Positions 38,877-48,284 of a stretch of 64,000 nucleotides of DNA are shown here, in pieces. The DNA lies in NCBI GenBank assembly GCA_011174795.1, contig DUEY01000001.1, positions 47,264 through 111,263 on the forward strand, read 5' to 3'. The stretch is from Dehalococcoidia bacterium (GTDB taxonomy: Bacteria > Chloroflexota > Dehalococcoidia > SZUA-161). Every line of letters starts with the position of its first letter. Positions within the stretch are counted from its first letter, which is position 1. Made by a program: the position numbers and the translations under genes. Below the pieces are notes generated by a model. That model worked only from the letters and a program-made list of their open reading frames with translations. It was not told the DNA's origin and did not search any database.

Positions 38877-40451
38877 CTATACCACGTCGACACTTCCATG
38901 AAAACTTTCTGAGAGTTCCTCGAAGTTCTCGCGATAGTAGTGCAGAGCATCTGGTAGATAGTCGACTATGTCCTGTGCGGTCACACCATCCTCACCTATT
39001 TCTTCAGCTGCCAAATCGCCGGAGAGCCCGTGCATAAAGACACCAATCCTTGCAGCCTCTCCAATAGGTAATCCCAGCCCGTACATAGCCGCAATTGCAC
39101 CGGTAAGCGCATCCCCGCTGCCGGCCGTGGCCATTCCAGGGTTGCCGCTGGTATTAATATACACTGTACCATCGTGGAATCCGATGAGCGAGTGGGCTCC
39201 CTTCAACACGATGATAGCGTTCAACTCCTTTGCCGCTTTTTGAACCACGCCTATCCTATCGTTGTTTACCTCACCTACCTCTACCCCGCTGAGCCGGGAC
39301 ATCTCACCGCTGTGCGGTGTAAGTATCGTCGGTGCCTTTCTTGCCTTGATGACCTCTAACTCCGCAGCTATCGCAGTTATTCCATCCCCATCTATGAGCA
39401 ACGGAACCTCGACACGTTTCGCCAGTTCCCTCACCAACCCCTGAGTATCCGAATCGAGGGAGACACCGGGCCCCAGGATAACCATATCCACATTCTTCGA
39501 GAACTCTAAAAGCTCATCCCTGCAACCCAAGGCCAGGCTTCCCGAATCAGTCTCTTGCTGGGGAACAAGGACAATCTCGCTTCCCTTGCTCGCCAGGAAC
39601 GATGAGATAGATTCCGGCGTAGCAAGGTAAGAAAGCCCCCCACCAGCTTTGAGGAAGGACAGAGCGGAGAAGTAGGGTGCTCCCAGGTAGCTGGAAGAGC
39701 CGGAGATGAAGAGAGCCTTACCATAGCTTCCTTTATGCGTGTCCCTGTCCCTCAGAGGCAGTCTAACCAGGTCATTGAGCTGAACCTTGATAGAATCTGC
39801 ATCGTAAAGCGATGGGGGAAAGGAGATATGCGTCACGTAGAGCTTGCCACACAGGTCGAAGCCCGGATAAAGCATGTTCCCTATTTTAGGAAGCCCATAG
39901 CTTACCGTATAATCGCTCTTCACAGCCACCCCCATCACCCCACCCGTATCGCCGTTAACGCCGGAAGGGATGTCGAGGCTGAAAACCATCTTTCCGCTCT
40001 CGTTGATTAAATCTATGGCGTCCCTGTATATCCCGGAGACTTCCCTCTCAAGCCCTGTGCCGAATATGGCATCGACTATGGCGTCACACTGCAACGTATC
40101 CGCGCGTATATCATCAATCGACCGGATATCGCGAATCTCTACCGGCATCCTGGAGATAATGTCGAAATTGCTCTTTGCCGCTCCATCCAGCTTCTTCCTG
40201 TCTCCCAGAATAAATACCTTCACCTCCCCACCCGCCGAGTGAATCTTCCTGGCGACCACGAACCCATCCCCACCGTTGTTGCCAATGCCGCAGAAAGTAA
40301 CAAATCTCCTCCCTTTAATACCGAACTCCTGCAAAATAATGAAATACGAGGCTTGCCCCGCATTCTCCATTAAAATCTCCTGAGTTATGCCGTACTCCTC
40401 AGTGGCCCTGCGGTCCAGATTCCTCATCTCATCTACTCGACTTACCTTCAT
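38877..40451 (-). CDS. nnr: Bifunctional NAD(P)H-hydrate repair enzyme (epimerase + ADP-dependent dehydratase)
   Basis: 524 aa. N-terminal YjeF_N (CGIGNNGGDGFVVAR) and C-terminal carbohydrate-kinase domain (GSGDALTG). Confidence 0.9.
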   Translation of the reverse strand: MKVSRVDEMRNLDRRATEEYGITQEILMENAGQASYFIILQEFGIKGRRFVTFCGIGNNGGDGFVVARKIHSAGGEVKVFILGDRKKLDGAAKSNFDIISRMPVEIRDIRSIDDIRADTLQCDAIVDAIFGTGLEREVSGIYRDAIDLINESGKMVFSLDIPSGVNGDTGGVMGVAVKSDYTVSYGLPKIGNMLYPGFDLCGKLYVTHISFPPSLYDADSIKVQLNDLVRLPLRDRDTHKGSYGKALFISGSSSYLGAPYFSALSFLKAGGGLSYLATPESISSFLASKGSEIVLVPQQETDSGSLALGCRDELLEFSKNVDMVILGPGVSLDSDTQGLVRELAKRVEVPLLIDGDGITAIAAELEVIKARKAPTILTPHSGEMSRLSGVEVGEVNNDRIGVVQKAAKELNAIIVLKGAHSLIGFHDGTVYINTSGNPGMATAGSGDALTGAIAAMYGLGLPIGEAARIGVFMHGLSGDLAAEEIGEDGVTAQDIVDYLPDALHYYRENFEELSESFHGSVDVV

Positions 40452-40479
40452 GTATCCATCCTCCTCTGCATTTTCCTTG

Positions 40480-41046
40480 CTACAGCCCTATTCTATCAGC
40501 AACCTCGCGCATGCCCATGATCACATCATCAACTAAGTCTCTCAACTCCACCCCCAGCATCTCCGCCCCACGTTCTATCACCTCCCGGTTAACACCTACA
40601 GCGAATGATTTATCCTTCCATTTCTTCATCACCGACTTCGCTTCAAGGTCGGATACGCTTTTCGATGGACGTATTATCGCAACGGCGGCAACAAGGCCGG
40701 TAAGCTCGTCAACAGCATAGAGCGTCTTCTCTACGTCGGTCTGAGGCTCAACGTCACTGCAAATACCCCACCCATGAGACATAACCGCCCGTATGTACTC
40801 AGCAGGCCACCCTCGCTCCTCCAGTATCTCCCGTGTTTTTCGACAGTGCTGCTCGGGGAAACGTTCGTAGTCAAGGTCATGAACCAGCCCGATGATACCC
40901 CACTTCTCCTCATCCTCCCCCTTTTTACGGGCGATGTAGCGCATAACCCCTTCGACACAATAGGCATGCTTCAGCAGGCTGTCACCCTTGTTAAACTCCC
41001 TGAGAAGAGCTAAAGCCTCATCGTACGTCGGTGTGTGCTCAACCAC
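40480..41046 (-). CDS. HD-domain metal-dependent phosphohydrolase
   Basis: GTG start; 188 aa. LLKHAYCVEGVMRY...GLVHDLDY is the HD signature. Confidence 0.7.
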   Translation of the reverse strand: MVEHTPTYDEALALLREFNKGDSLLKHAYCVEGVMRYIARKKGEDEEKWGIIGLVHDLDYERFPEQHCRKTREILEERGWPAEYIRAVMSHGWGICSDVEPQTDVEKTLYAVDELTGLVAAVAIIRPSKSVSDLEAKSVMKKWKDKSFAVGVNREVIERGAEMLGVELRDLVDDVIMGMREVADRIGL

Positions 41047-41097
41047 TTTAATCCACCACCGTGTATACTACGTTATTAGACAGCCAGCCGTGGCACG

Positions 41098-41126
41098 ATT
41101 ATAAACTTTCGAGTTACGAATAGCAA
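41098..41126 (-). promoter_or_regulatory. Putative promoter of the HD-domain gene
   Basis: On the minus strand: TTGCTA (41126-41121), 17-nt spacer, TATAAT (41103-41098). Confidence 0.4.
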
Positions 41127-41133
41127 AACGGTA

Positions 41134-41155
41134 GGGGCAATTCACGAATTGCCCC
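41134..41155. promoter_or_regulatory. Perfect 10-bp inverted repeat between two divergent promoters (candidate operator)
   Basis: GGGGCAATTC-ac-GAATTGCCCC. Lies 8 nt from the -35 of the minus-strand promoter and 32 nt from the -35 of the plus-strand promoter. Confidence 0.4.
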
Positions 41156-41186
41156 CCACTGGTGCTGACGACCAAACGCTTTTTTA

Positions 41187-41215
41187 TTGACAACCGGAGG
41201 GCTTGGGCATAGTAT
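41187..41215 (+). promoter_or_regulatory. Putative promoter of the flavoprotein gene
   Basis: TTGACA (41187-41192), 17-nt spacer, TAGTAT (41210-41215), preceded by a T tract. Confidence 0.45.
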
Positions 41216-41273
41216 TGCTGTTGTTGTTTTCAGCAATCGTTCATTGCACAAAGCGATTCAACGGGAGGCAGGC

Positions 41274-41840
41274 TTGAAGGTGCTGGGCATCATGGGAAGC
41301 CCCCGGATAGGCGGTAATACCGACCTGCTGCTGGACGAAGCTCTCAGGGGTGCAGAAAGCCAGGGAGCGGATACCGAGAAGATCGTGGTGGATAAGCTCA
41401 AAATAAGCCCCTGCCGGGAATACTACGGCTGCCTCAGGGATGGCAACTGCGTCATCAGCGACGACATGGACGACATATACCTCAAGCTCCTCGAGGCAGA
41501 CCTTGTCATAGTCGCGTCGCCCATGTTTTTCTACGGCCTTACCGCCCAGGTTAAGGCGCTTATAGACCGCTGCCAGGCGCTGTGGGCGAGAAGATACGTC
41601 CTCAAGCAGAGCCCGCCGGATTCTACCAGGAAGGGTGCGTTTATCGCCGTGGGAGCGACTAAGGGCAAGCAGCTGTTCGACGGGTCCAAACTGACGTTGA
41701 AATACTTCTTCGAAGCCATCGGCGTTGATTATGCCGACGAACTCCTCGTTAGAGGAGTAGACAAGAGAGGCGATATCAAGAAGCACCCGACCGCGCTGCA
41801 GGACGCACTCGAACTGGGTAAAAGATTGGCCCGAGGATAG
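41274..41840 (+). CDS. Flavodoxin-fold NADPH-dependent FMN reductase / iron-sulfur flavoprotein-like protein
   Basis: TTG 41274 lies 5 nt after GGGAGG (the tracked ORF start at 41187 coincides with the -35 hexamer). KVLGIMGSPRIGGNT, Cys cluster CREYYGCLRDGNC, ASPMFFYG. Confidence 0.75.
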   Translation: MKVLGIMGSPRIGGNTDLLLDEALRGAESQGADTEKIVVDKLKISPCREYYGCLRDGNCVISDDMDDIYLKLLEADLVIVASPMFFYGLTAQVKALIDRCQALWARRYVLKQSPPDSTRKGAFIAVGATKGKQLFDGSKLTLKYFFEAIGVDYADELLVRGVDKRGDIKKHPTALQDALELGKRLARG

Positions 41841-41964
41841 CGCCCCAAACCGACCTTCAATCATTAAATGCCCCTGTCTGCCCCCGTGAAAAAAGAGCGC
41901 TCTCCAGGCAGATTGCCTGAAGAGCACATATATGGCTGGTTGCTTATGCTTCAGCCGGTGGATA

Positions 41965-42360
41965 CTACCTCTTGCGGTACTGGCGTGCCTTACGAGCCCT
42001 TCTCAGCCCGTACTTCTTTCGCTCTTTCACCCGGGAGTCCCTGGTAAGGAGCCCGTGGCTGCGAAGAAGCGGTTTCAGGTTAACATCCATAGTCACCAGA
42101 GCACGACTTATACCGTGGCCAATAGCACCGGCCTGGGCTGAGGTGCCACCGCCAACTACTTTGACAACAGCATTGAATTTGTCCGAGGTCTCGGTAACCC
42201 TGAGCGGCTCGAGGATTACAGACTGCAACCGTGGCATATTAAATATCTCTTCAAAGGGCTTGCCATTCACTATTATAGCGCCATTACCCTCAGTCAATCT
42301 GACCTGCGCCACTGCTGTCTTTCGTCGTCCGGTACCGCGAAAATAGGCCTTCTCGCTCAA
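41965..42360 (-). CDS. rpsI: 30S ribosomal protein S9
   Basis: TTG start 1 nt after the rplM stop gives (M)SEKAYFRGTGRRKTAVAQVRL...RKKYGLRRARKARQYRKR. The longer tracked ORF would overlap rplM. Confidence 0.93.
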   Translation of the reverse strand: MSEKAYFRGTGRRKTAVAQVRLTEGNGAIIVNGKPFEEIFNMPRLQSVILEPLRVTETSDKFNAVVKVVGGGTSAQAGAIGHGISRALVTMDVNLKPLLRSHGLLTRDSRVKERKKYGLRRARKARQYRKR

Positions 42361-42361
42361 A

Positions 42362-42793
42362 CTAGCTCTCCTTTTCAACTGTCTTAACCTGGGCTTCATG
42401 AGGATGGTCAGCACCAGGATAGACCTTCAGTTTCTTAATCATGGCAGCACCCAGCCGATTGTGAGGCAACATGCCCTTGACCGCATGCTCGACAACCCTG
42501 GTGGGATGAGTTTCCATCATCCTTTTCAGGCTGGTGCTCTTCAGCCCTCCCGGATATTGAGAATGACGGTAGTACATCTTCTGGGTTAGCTTTTTACCTG
42601 TTACATTCACCTTAGCTGCATTTATCACAATAACGTAGTCGCCGACATCGATATGAGGCGAATATATCGGCTTGTGCTTGCCTTTGAGCAATATTGCGAC
42701 CTCCGATGCCAACTTGCCCAGTGTCTTATCCGAGGCATCGAGAACCCACCACTTTCGATCGATATCGGCTGCCTTCGTGCTATAGGTTTTCAT
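42362..42793 (-). CDS. rplM: 50S ribosomal protein L13
   Basis: [20 protein letters not shown]..., 143 aa, upstream of rpsI. Confidence 0.96.
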   Translation of the reverse strand: MKTYSTKAADIDRKWWVLDASDKTLGKLASEVAILLKGKHKPIYSPHIDVGDYVIVINAAKVNVTGKKLTQKMYYRHSQYPGGLKSTSLKRMMETHPTRVVEHAVKGMLPHNRLGAAMIKKLKVYPGADHPHEAQVKTVEKES

Positions 42794-43567
42794 CTAACTG
42801 CCTTTTCCCGAAAATGTATTTTCAGGATAGTTCACCTTCATCAAACAAAGCCCGTGAGGGGGCACCACAGGCGCTGCTAAACCGGGCTCCTTCGCCTGTA
42901 ATATCTCCTCAAGCTCCTCTGCCGTCAGCTTGCCCAATCCAACCCTGATCAGAGAGCCTGCTATACAACGCATTTGCCTGGGCAGGAAAGCGTTAGCCAC
43001 CATGTCAAAGAACACCATCTCCGCTTCTCTCGATACATCCGCTTTGTAGACATCGCGCACCGTACTTCTCTCAGTTGGCCCGGTGAAGGATGCATAATCA
43101 TGGCCTCCCACGAGGCGCCGACAGGCCTTGTTCATGGCATCAGTATCGAGTTCCGCAGGAACATGATATGCATATCTCTGCTGCAAGGGAGATGGCGTCA
43201 GGCTATTAAGGATGTGATAGCGATATTCCCGACTGATAGCATCTCTCCTGGCATTGAAACTGTTTTCCACTTCGTTAGCATACTTCACAGCAATATCCGG
43301 CCGGAGATAGAAATTGAGCGCCCTGACCAGAGTCTGCCCAGGCAGTGTTGAGAAGGTGCTAAAACTAATAACCTGCCCCTTAGCATGAACCCCTGCATCA
43401 GTACGACCAGCAAGTATTATTCGAATCCTCTCCCCTGTTAACTTCGTCAGCGCGCTCTCTATATCCCCTTGAACTGTCGGCACACCGACCTGAAATTGAG
43501 AGCCATGATACCTCGTCCCGTCGTATTCCACAATAAATGCAAGCCTTCTGGGTATCTCCAACCCCAT
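42794..43567 (-). CDS. truA: tRNA pseudouridine(38-40) synthase
   Basis: 257 aa; catalytic motif AGRTDAGVHA; located between rplQ and rplM. Confidence 0.9.
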   Translation of the reverse strand: MGLEIPRRLAFIVEYDGTRYHGSQFQVGVPTVQGDIESALTKLTGERIRIILAGRTDAGVHAKGQVISFSTFSTLPGQTLVRALNFYLRPDIAVKYANEVENSFNARRDAISREYRYHILNSLTPSPLQQRYAYHVPAELDTDAMNKACRRLVGGHDYASFTGPTERSTVRDVYKADVSREAEMVFFDMVANAFLPRQMRCIAGSLIRVGLGKLTAEELEEILQAKEPGLAAPVVPPHGLCLMKVNYPENTFSGKGS

Positions 43568-43918
43568 TTAAACCAGTTCCAACTGAGCCATGGACGCCCC
43601 GTCTCCCAACCTCTGTCCCAGCTTGATTATTCTCGTGTAACCGCCTGACCGCTCGGCATACCTTGGCCCAATCTCAGTAAACACCTTGTCCACTACGTCC
43701 TTATCGCCCAGAAACGCAAGTGCCTGCCTGCGGGCATGCAGAGTCCCCTGCTTGCCCCAGGTAATCATCTTCTCCGCTAAAGGCCGTGCTTCCCTCGCCT
43801 TGGCCTCAGTAGTAACAATTTTCTCATAGCGCAAGAGGTCACTTACCAAATTCCTATAGAGCGCTATCCGGTGTCCTGTCGGTCTGGAAAGCCTGCGGCC
43901 CGCAACTCTGTGTCTCAT
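43568..43918 (-). CDS. rplQ: 50S ribosomal protein L17
   Basis: [24 protein letters not shown]..., 116 aa, follows rpoA. Confidence 0.96.
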   Translation of the reverse strand: MRHRVAGRRLSRPTGHRIALYRNLVSDLLRYEKIVTTEAKAREARPLAEKMITWGKQGTLHARRQALAFLGDKDVVDKVFTEIGPRYAERSGGYTRIIKLGQRLGDGASMAQLELV

Positions 43919-43951
43919 CTTAACTCCACTAAATAAGAAACGCTCTTAAAA

Positions 43952-44965
43952 CTACTCCTCCACGCTATCTATGCTCTCGTCATGCTCAGCTTCTTCAGTG
44001 TCAGCCTCCCCTTCCTCCTCGGGTGATTCTGCCTCACCCGCCAAGCGCAGATGGTACAGGTCAAGCGCCTCCAGCCTCTCCTTGACCTCATCGAGCGATT
44101 TCTGGCCGAAGCTCCTCAGCGCGAGCAGGTCACTGTCGCTCTTCTCTAGAAGCTCACCAACCCTGGTGATACCGCTGCGGCGCAATGAGTTGAAGGTGCG
44201 TGCCGAAAGACCGACCTGCTCCAACGGCGTCTCGTATTGCTCCGGAGGGATCGCAGCAGCACGAAACTTCACGCCCTCCATAGGAGCCTTATCAAGGTCA
44301 TAGAACAACGAGAACTGGTTGATAAGAATCTGAGCGCTCTGGTGGATGGCTTCCCGTGGTGATATAGTGCCGTCGGTCCACACCTCGAGAATTAGCCTGT
44401 CATAGTTACTAACCTGCCCGACGCGGGTTTTCTCCACACTGTAATTCACTCTGCGCACCGGGGTATAAATAGCATCCACTGGGATAACACCAAGCGGCAA
44501 ACCGTCACCATGGCCAGCGGGCACATATCCCGTACCCCGTTCCACATAGAACACAACCTCCAGACGGGCATCCTTTGAATCCAGTGTAGCCAGATGAAGT
44601 TCAGGATTCACGATTTCAAACTCAGCAGTTGGCTTGATGTCCCCTGCACAAACAGACCCCTCACCCTCAACTTCAAGAAACAGCCGTCCCGGCCGGTCGG
44701 AAAGAGGCTTGAGCCGCAGTTCCTTAACGTTGAGCAGGAACTCGATCACGTCTTCCTTGACATGGGGAATAGTCGTAAACTCGTGTTGCACCCCTTCAAT
44801 CTTGACCGCAGTCACCGCCGCACCGGGAAGAGAGCTCAGCAGTACCCGGCGTAAGCTATTGCCCAATGTATTACCGAAGCCAGGAGCTAATGGCTCGATA
44901 ACAAACTTACTATAATTCTCGGTACTTTCTTCGCATTCTATATTGGGACTTATGTCCTCCAGCAA
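43952..44965 (-). CDS. rpoA: DNA-directed RNA polymerase subunit alpha
   Basis: 337 aa. NTD (GFGNTLGNSLRRVLLSS) and CTD (LSARTFNSLRRSGITRVGEL); acidic C-terminal tail. Confidence 0.96.
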   Translation of the reverse strand: MLEDISPNIECEESTENYSKFVIEPLAPGFGNTLGNSLRRVLLSSLPGAAVTAVKIEGVQHEFTTIPHVKEDVIEFLLNVKELRLKPLSDRPGRLFLEVEGEGSVCAGDIKPTAEFEIVNPELHLATLDSKDARLEVVFYVERGTGYVPAGHGDGLPLGVIPVDAIYTPVRRVNYSVEKTRVGQVSNYDRLILEVWTDGTISPREAIHQSAQILINQFSLFYDLDKAPMEGVKFRAAAIPPEQYETPLEQVGLSARTFNSLRRSGITRVGELLEKSDSDLLALRSFGQKSLDEVKERLEALDLYHLRLAGEAESPEEEGEADTEEAEHDESIDSVEE

Positions 44966-44996
44966 AATATTCCCTCCTCAAAGAACGATTCGATAG

Positions 44997-45623
44997 TTAT
45001 CTTGCGTAGAATGCCACGATCAGCCGTTCGTCAATAGCAGATTCGGTCTCATTCGGCGACGGGGCAGAAAGCACCCGACCCGATAGGTTATCCTGATCCA
45101 AACTAAGCCAGCTTGGAATAAATTTACTTCCGATATCCTCAGCCGCAATCTTATATAGTACGCTTTTAGAGCTTCCCTCCTTCCAGGCAATGACATCACC
45201 TTCCTTAACTAAATACGAGGATATATTAGTAACACGTCCATTAACGGTGATATGCCCATGCTGAACGAGTTGCCTTGCCTGCCGCCGCGATTCAGCGAAG
45301 CCCAAGCGATAGACTACATTATCCAGCCTCATCTCCAATATTTGTAACAGGTTCTCCCCGGTAGGACCGGGGCGACGTTCAGCTTCAGCATAATGCCTTA
45401 TAAATTGACGCTCCAGCACACCGTATATATAGCGCGCCTTTTGCTTCTCTTTAAGCTGCATACTATACTCAGAGACCTTGCGACGGGCACTGCCGTGCTG
45501 ACCGGGAGGGGTGTGACGTTTCAGCACGGGACACTTAGGCGTCAAACACTTGGCTCCCTTGAGCATGAGCTTCTCGCCATGGCGTCGACAGATACGACAA
45601 GCCGGCCCTGTGTAGCGGGCCAT
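44997..45623 (-). CDS. rpsD: 30S ribosomal protein S4
   Basis: MARYTGPACRICRRHGEKLMLKG..., 208 aa. Confidence 0.96.
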   Translation of the reverse strand: MARYTGPACRICRRHGEKLMLKGAKCLTPKCPVLKRHTPPGQHGSARRKVSEYSMQLKEKQKARYIYGVLERQFIRHYAEAERRPGPTGENLLQILEMRLDNVVYRLGFAESRRQARQLVQHGHITVNGRVTNISSYLVKEGDVIAWKEGSSKSVLYKIAAEDIGSKFIPSWLSLDQDNLSGRVLSAPSPNETESAIDERLIVAFYAR

Positions 45624-45635
45624 CTCAAACCTCCT

Positions 45636-46028
45636 TTAGATACGTCTCCTTTTCGGAGGACGGCAACCGTTATGAGGGATAGGCGTCACATCCTTGATGC
45701 TGACGATGCTCAGGCCTGCGGATTGAAGAGAGCGAATTGCCGCCTCGCGTCCACTGCCCGGACCTCTGACATAGACTTCTACCTGACGCAAGCCATGTTC
45801 CATCCCCCGTTTTGCCGCTGACTCAGCCGCTCTCTGGGCGGCATAGGCAGTTCCCTTGCGCGACCCCTTAAATCCTGCAGTGCCTGAACTGCCCCAAGCT
45901 ATAACATTGCCCTGAGGGTCGGTAAGAGTGATTACCGTATTGTTGAATGTTGACTGGATATAGGCTCGCCCCTTCGGGATCGCTTTTCTCTCACGTCTCC
46001 TAACCCGAGATGGCTTCTTCTTAGCCAT
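45636..46028 (-). CDS. rpsK: 30S ribosomal protein S11
   Basis: [18 protein letters not shown]...GFKGSRKGT, 130 aa. Confidence 0.96.
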   Translation of the reverse strand: MAKKKPSRVRRRERKAIPKGRAYIQSTFNNTVITLTDPQGNVIAWGSSGTAGFKGSRKGTAYAAQRAAESAAKRGMEHGLRQVEVYVRGPGSGREAAIRSLQSAGLSIVSIKDVTPIPHNGCRPPKRRRI

Positions 46029-46041
46029 TAATCACCCCCGT

Positions 46042-46431
46042 TTACTTCTTGGTCATGCCACGGCGCCTGCCTCGGCCGGCTACTGTCTTACGAGCTCCCC
46101 GTTTGGTGCGGGCATTGGTACGAGTACGTTGCCCGTGAACCGGCAGTCCCCGGCGATGCCTGAGGCCACGGTAACAGCCGATATCGATGAACCGCTTGAT
46201 GTTGAAATTGATTTCCTTCCTTAGCCCGCCTTCTACGTTATACCCCTTGTCGATTATCTCGCGTATGCGGTTTATCTCATCGTCCGTTAGGTCTTTGACC
46301 TTGACGTCGGGGCTTATTTGCGCTTGTTCCAATATCCGTCGACTCAGAGTAGGCCCGATACCGAAAATATAGCGTAAAGAAATCTCCACCCGTTTATCAT
46401 TTGGTATATCGACACCAGCAATACGCGCCAT
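46042..46431 (-). CDS. rpsM: 30S ribosomal protein S13
   Basis: ATG 46431 after GGGAGG gives [19 protein letters not shown]. The tracked ORF start at 46500 would overlap rpmJ. Confidence 0.95.
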   Translation of the reverse strand: MARIAGVDIPNDKRVEISLRYIFGIGPTLSRRILEQAQISPDVKVKDLTDDEINRIREIIDKGYNVEGGLRKEINFNIKRFIDIGCYRGLRHRRGLPVHGQRTRTNARTKRGARKTVAGRGRRRGMTKK

Positions 46432-46450
46432 TTCTACCTCCCTATAAAGA

Positions 46451-46564
46451 TTAACCCTGCCTTTGTCTGTGCCTGGGATTAGGACAGATAACTCTAACAA
46501 CGCCTTTGCGTTTTACAATCTTACATTTTTCACAACGAACTTTTACTGAAGCTCTTACTTTCAT
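46451..46564 (-). CDS. rpmJ: 50S ribosomal protein L36 (Zn-binding form)
   Basis: Not in the ORF track (37 aa). Read from sequence: [37 protein letters not shown]. Sits in the canonical position between infA and rpsM. Confidence 0.93.
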   Translation of the reverse strand: MKVRASVKVRCEKCKIVKRKGVVRVICPNPRHRQRQG

Positions 46565-46593
46565 CTGACTCGACCTGCAACTATTTAGCGTTA

Positions 46594-46812
46594 TCACTTA
46601 AAGCGATAGGTGATCCTTCCCCGTGACAGGTCGTAGGGTGATAGTTCCACTAAGACCTTATCACCACGCAGTATCCTTATAAAATGAAGCCTCATCTTCC
46701 CCGATGCATGCGCCAGAACCTGATGCCCATTTGGAAGCTCTACACGGAACATGGCATTAGGCAAAGGCTCAATTACTGTTCCTTCCACCTCTATAGCTTC
46801 CTTCTTAGGCAT
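46594..46812 (-). CDS. infA: Translation initiation factor IF-1
   Basis: [35 protein letters not shown]..., 72 aa. Confidence 0.97.
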   Translation of the reverse strand: MPKKEAIEVEGTVIEPLPNAMFRVELPNGHQVLAHASGKMRLHFIRILRGDKVLVELSPYDLSRGRITYRFK

Positions 46813-46842
46813 ATACTTTCAGCCCACCCTCTCAGAATAATC

Positions 46843-47613
46843 CTAAAGCACAGTCAATATCTCCGGACCATTTTCCCCGATAGCTATGGTATGTTCGAAG
46901 TGCGCGGAAAGTTTCCTATCAGCGGTAATGACCGTCCACTTATCCTCAGCCACCATCGTACGCCATATCCCGGCATTAAGCATAGGCTCCAGTGCTATGG
47001 TCATACCCTTTCGAAGCAAAGGGCCTTCGCCAGCGATACCAAAATTGGGAACCTGTGGTTCTTCGTGCAATTGACGGCCAATGCCATGCCCCACATATTC
47101 TCTCACTACAGAGAAGCCCCTGCTCTCAGCACAATTTTGAATCGCAGCCGACACGTCCCCCAATCTGGCATTGACCCGTGCAGCATGAATACCTGCCTCC
47201 AAAGCATCTTCGGCAGCATCGATAATATTCTGAGCCTCAGCGCTAATTCTCCCCACCCCCACCGTTACCGCAGCATCACCATGAAAGCCGTTCAACAATG
47301 CCCCAAAATCGAGTGAGATTATATCCCCTTCCTTGAGCACCCGGCTTCCAGGTATGCCGTGAACCACTTCCTCATTTATAGACGTACAAATCGACGCCGG
47401 GAAACCACGGTATCCCTTGAACGAGGCAACAGCTCCCAGCCTTCCCACCTCAGATACGGCAACCTCATCCAATTCAGCTGTGGTGATCCCCGGCCTTACC
47501 TGTTCAACCACCACTTCTAAGACAGCAGCCACAATTCGCCCTGCTTCTCGCATCTGAGCGATTTCCTGCTGCGATTTCACTATTATGCCCATCTCCTGCA
47601 TGACCGGGCTCAT
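46843..47613 (-). CDS. map: Type I methionine aminopeptidase
   Basis: 256 aa. HGIPG, DAAVTV, GHGIG and EPM metal-ligand motifs. ATG 47613 overlaps the adk stop (ATGA); ATG 47592 is an alternative. Confidence 0.93.
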   Translation of the reverse strand: MSPVMQEMGIIVKSQQEIAQMREAGRIVAAVLEVVVEQVRPGITTAELDEVAVSEVGRLGAVASFKGYRGFPASICTSINEEVVHGIPGSRVLKEGDIISLDFGALLNGFHGDAAVTVGVGRISAEAQNIIDAAEDALEAGIHAARVNARLGDVSAAIQNCAESRGFSVVREYVGHGIGRQLHEEPQVPNFGIAGEGPLLRKGMTIALEPMLNAGIWRTMVAEDKWTVITADRKLSAHFEHTIAIGENGPEILTVL

Positions 47614-48284
47614 TTTCCAACCCTTACTTCAATAGCCGCAACCAACTCCTCCCCAACCTCCTCAATCCCCTTCTCGCCATCAATCTCCACCAGTTTCCCC
47701 GCTTTAGTGTAATACTCTATTAAAGGCATGGTCTGGGTAAAATAGACGTCAAGCCGCTTCCTCGCTGTTTCCGCAGTGTCATCTGGGCGCTGATACAGCT
47801 CGCCCCCACAAGCATCGCATTTGCCCGGCACCTTCGACGGCAGCTCAACAATATTATATGGAGCCTGACAATTGCGACAAATCCAGCGCCCGCTCAGCCG
47901 CCGCAAGAGCTCCTCGTTAGATACCTTGATATACAACACCATATTAATACGCTTGCCCTCTTCAGCCAGCGCTTCATCCAAGGCCTTGGCCTGTTCCAGC
48001 GTCCGGGGAAAACCGTCCAGCAGGACACCTTGAGCACAATCGGGAGCAGCGATTCTGCCTAGAATCATCTTAACGGTCACCTCATCAGGAACAAGCAAGC
48101 CCTTCTCCATATAAGACTTGGCGACCTTGCCCAACTCGCTCCCGCTGGCCTGCTCCTGGCGGAAGAGGTCGCCGGAAGCGATGTGAGCCAAGCCCAGCCG
48201 TTGCGATATGAGAGCCGCCTGAGTCCCTTTACCCGCACCCGGGGCTCCCAAGAGAATAACATATAGCTGTTCCCCGCTAATCAT
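47610..48284 (-). CDS. adk: Adenylate kinase (Zn-binding lid)
   Basis: P-loop ILLGAPGAGKGTQA. Lid contains CRNC...CDACGG. Confidence 0.96.
   Translation of the reverse strand: MISGEQLYVILLGAPGAGKGTQAALISQRLGLAHIASGDLFRQEQASGSELGKVAKSYMEKGLLVPDEVTVKMILGRIAAPDCAQGVLLDGFPRTLEQAKALDEALAEEGKRINMVLYIKVSNEELLRRLSGRWICRNCQAPYNIVELPSKVPGKCDACGGELYQRPDDTAETARKRLDVYFTQTMPLIEYYTKAGKLVEIDGEKGIEEVGEELVAAIEVRVGK

Noticed and set aside
41241-41927. 228-aa ORF on the minus strand
   Set aside because: It lies entirely antisense to the well-supported flavodoxin-fold reductase gene (41274-41840). It has no recognisable motif or RBS, so it is a typical shadow ORF in GC-balanced coding DNA.
46432-46500. N-terminal extensions in the ORF track for rpsM (46500), fusA (60829), rpsG (61342), rpsI (42414), the DUF89 gene (37240) and the TPP enzyme (31828)
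   Set aside because: Internal start codons preceded by good SD sequences reproduce the canonical family N-termini. The longer versions would overlap upstream genes or lack an RBS.
46684-47316. 210-aa plus-strand ORF, with similar long antisense ORFs at 26985-27548, 10809-11423, 60269-60775, 20274-20741 and 22204-22641
   Set aside because: Each lies antisense to a gene with unmistakable family motifs (map/infA, metK, TPR protein, fusA, HMGCS-like, thiolase). Their translations are low-complexity or Arg/Ser/Pro-rich, as expected for reverse frames.
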